56,886 nucleotides of DNA from Chloroflexota bacterium (GTDB lineage Bacteria; Chloroflexota; Chloroflexia; QHBQ01), in assembly GCA_043754535.1 (NCBI GenBank), contig JAYUUN010000020.1, positions 1 through 56,886 on the forward strand. Reading direction: 5' to 3'. Below are positions 55,959 through 56,886 of the stretch, piece after piece. Every line of letters begins with the position of its first letter. Position 1 is the first letter of the stretch. A model generated the notes under the pieces. That model saw only the letters and a list, made by a program, of their open reading frames with translations. It was not told the origin of the DNA and did not search any database. The translations under genes were made by a program, and so were the position numbers.

Positions 55959-56174
55959 ATGAACTTCGGCATACCTGAACTGCTAATCATCCTGGTAATT
56001 ATCATCGCCGTCTTCGGCGTAGGCAAGCTGGCGAACGTCGGCAGCGCGCTCGGCAAGAGCGTGAAGGATTTCCGCGAGTCGGCTGGCACGCCGCTGCCGC
56101 CCGGCACAACCAAGACCACGACTACCAGCACCAGTGTCGTCCCCACCAACGAGGACAAGACAACTATTGGCTAG
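55959..56174 (+). CDS. tatA: Twin-arginine translocase subunit TatA/E
   Basis: FGIPELLIILVIIIAVFGVGKLANVGSALGKSVKDFR; RBS AAGGAG; TATAAT at 55831. Confidence 0.95.
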   Translation: MNFGIPELLIILVIIIAVFGVGKLANVGSALGKSVKDFRESAGTPLPPGTTKTTTTSTSVVPTNEDKTTIG

Positions 56175-56388
56175 GTAGCAGCTCGCCCCGCAGCCAGCAG
56201 GCACGTAACCCACGTGCCTGTTTTGTTTGCCCCAACTAAATGGTGCAACTATCGCAGCCAGTGAGCAGCCCGCTGGGGTGAGGTTAGTGTGGGGTAGCAT
56301 TGGTCGGCCTGGCGTGTGCTATAATGGGATTGCTGCCCTGGTAGAGGGTGGCACAAGCAGGTAGCTTTTAGAGAAAGAGGGAGTGACT

Positions 56389-56886
56389 ATGCGTAAGAAC
56401 ATCGCTATCGTCGTTGGCTCGCTGCTAATCCTGGCAGCAGCCCTGCTGACTGGCAAGGCGTTGGCCGCCAATCTGGATGCAAGCAAGGCCGCCAGCCAAC
56501 GGCCTAGCACTACTCTCGGCTACGACTTCGAGGACGGTACGCTGCAAGGCTGGCTGACGATCACCGATTCGTTTGGCATCACTGGCACGGCTGGGATTGT
56601 TTACACCCTGACCAATACTACCAGCCAGCACTACAGTGGCACCCACGCCCTCCAACTGGCGGTCAGCGACAACAACACTAACACCTTCAGTCTGGCGGGC
56701 GCGGGTGTGCAGACGGTGACGGCTGGCACTAATATCACTGGCTATGTGCGGGTCAGCAACCTCAACTTCTTTGCTGGCACCTACGGTGGCGCACTAATCG
56801 GGGTAATCGACGCGCAGGGCGGCGTTCACCTGGGCAGCGTCAGCCCCCTGCTAGTCGCCAACCAGTGGGTGCAGCTTACGCTCGCC
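56389..56886 (+). CDS. Secreted protein beginning with a CBM-like beta-sandwich; runs off the right edge
   Basis: Not in the ORF track. ATG 56389 after GAGGGAG gives MRKNIAIVVGSLLILAAALLTGKALA (signal) ...YDFEDGTLQGW...HYSGTHALQL...QWVQLT; open to the window end. Confidence 0.75.
   Translation, partial: MRKNIAIVVGSLLILAAALLTGKALAANLDASKAASQRPSTTLGYDFEDGTLQGWLTITDSFGITGTAGIVYTLTNTTSQHYSGTHALQLAVSDNNTNTFSLAGAGVQTVTAGTNITGYVRVSNLNFFAGTYGGALIGVIDAQGGVHLGSVSPLLVANQWVQLTLA

Overview
A GC-rich bacterial chromosomal segment, probably Chloroflexota (inferred from the protein families, not proven), with about 42 protein genes. I recognised no rRNA, tRNA, CRISPR array or transposase. In order it holds: a truncated peptidoglycan amidase; an MFS transporter; a NarL/DegSU-type cluster with two kinases and one regulator; an OmpR/HAMP two-component pair; a DUF5666-like anchored protein; a GT4 glycosyltransferase; an orphan ~1330-aa P-loop/coiled-coil protein; an ADP-ribosylglycohydrolase; a TPR membrane protein; a GH50-like/SLH glycosidase; gltX, a sirtuin, fabF, folB and a prolyl oligopeptidase; a pstS-pstS-pstCAB-phoU operon; a multi-TM/HTH regulator; a small NLR-like STAND protein; an archaeal-type mevalonate operon (HMGR, HMGS, thiolase-fold, DUF35, MVK, UbiD/AMPD); pyk, a second GT4, pth, a large patatin and tatA. 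Four observations stand out. (1) The mevalonate operon's thiolase has lost its catalytic Cys/Cys/His, and a membrane-bound HTH regulator plus TGATAGC direct repeats lie upstream. (2) Phased 11-bp TTAA-core repeats with identical promoter geometry link pstS and a GT4 gene, suggesting Pho-controlled lipid remodelling. (3) A 42-bp tandem repeat lengthens a kinase signalling helix by whole heptads. (4) The NLR-like protein has an amyloid-like N-terminal motif, and the giant ATPase has no partner genes. All family assignments come from motif recognition by eye; no searches were run.
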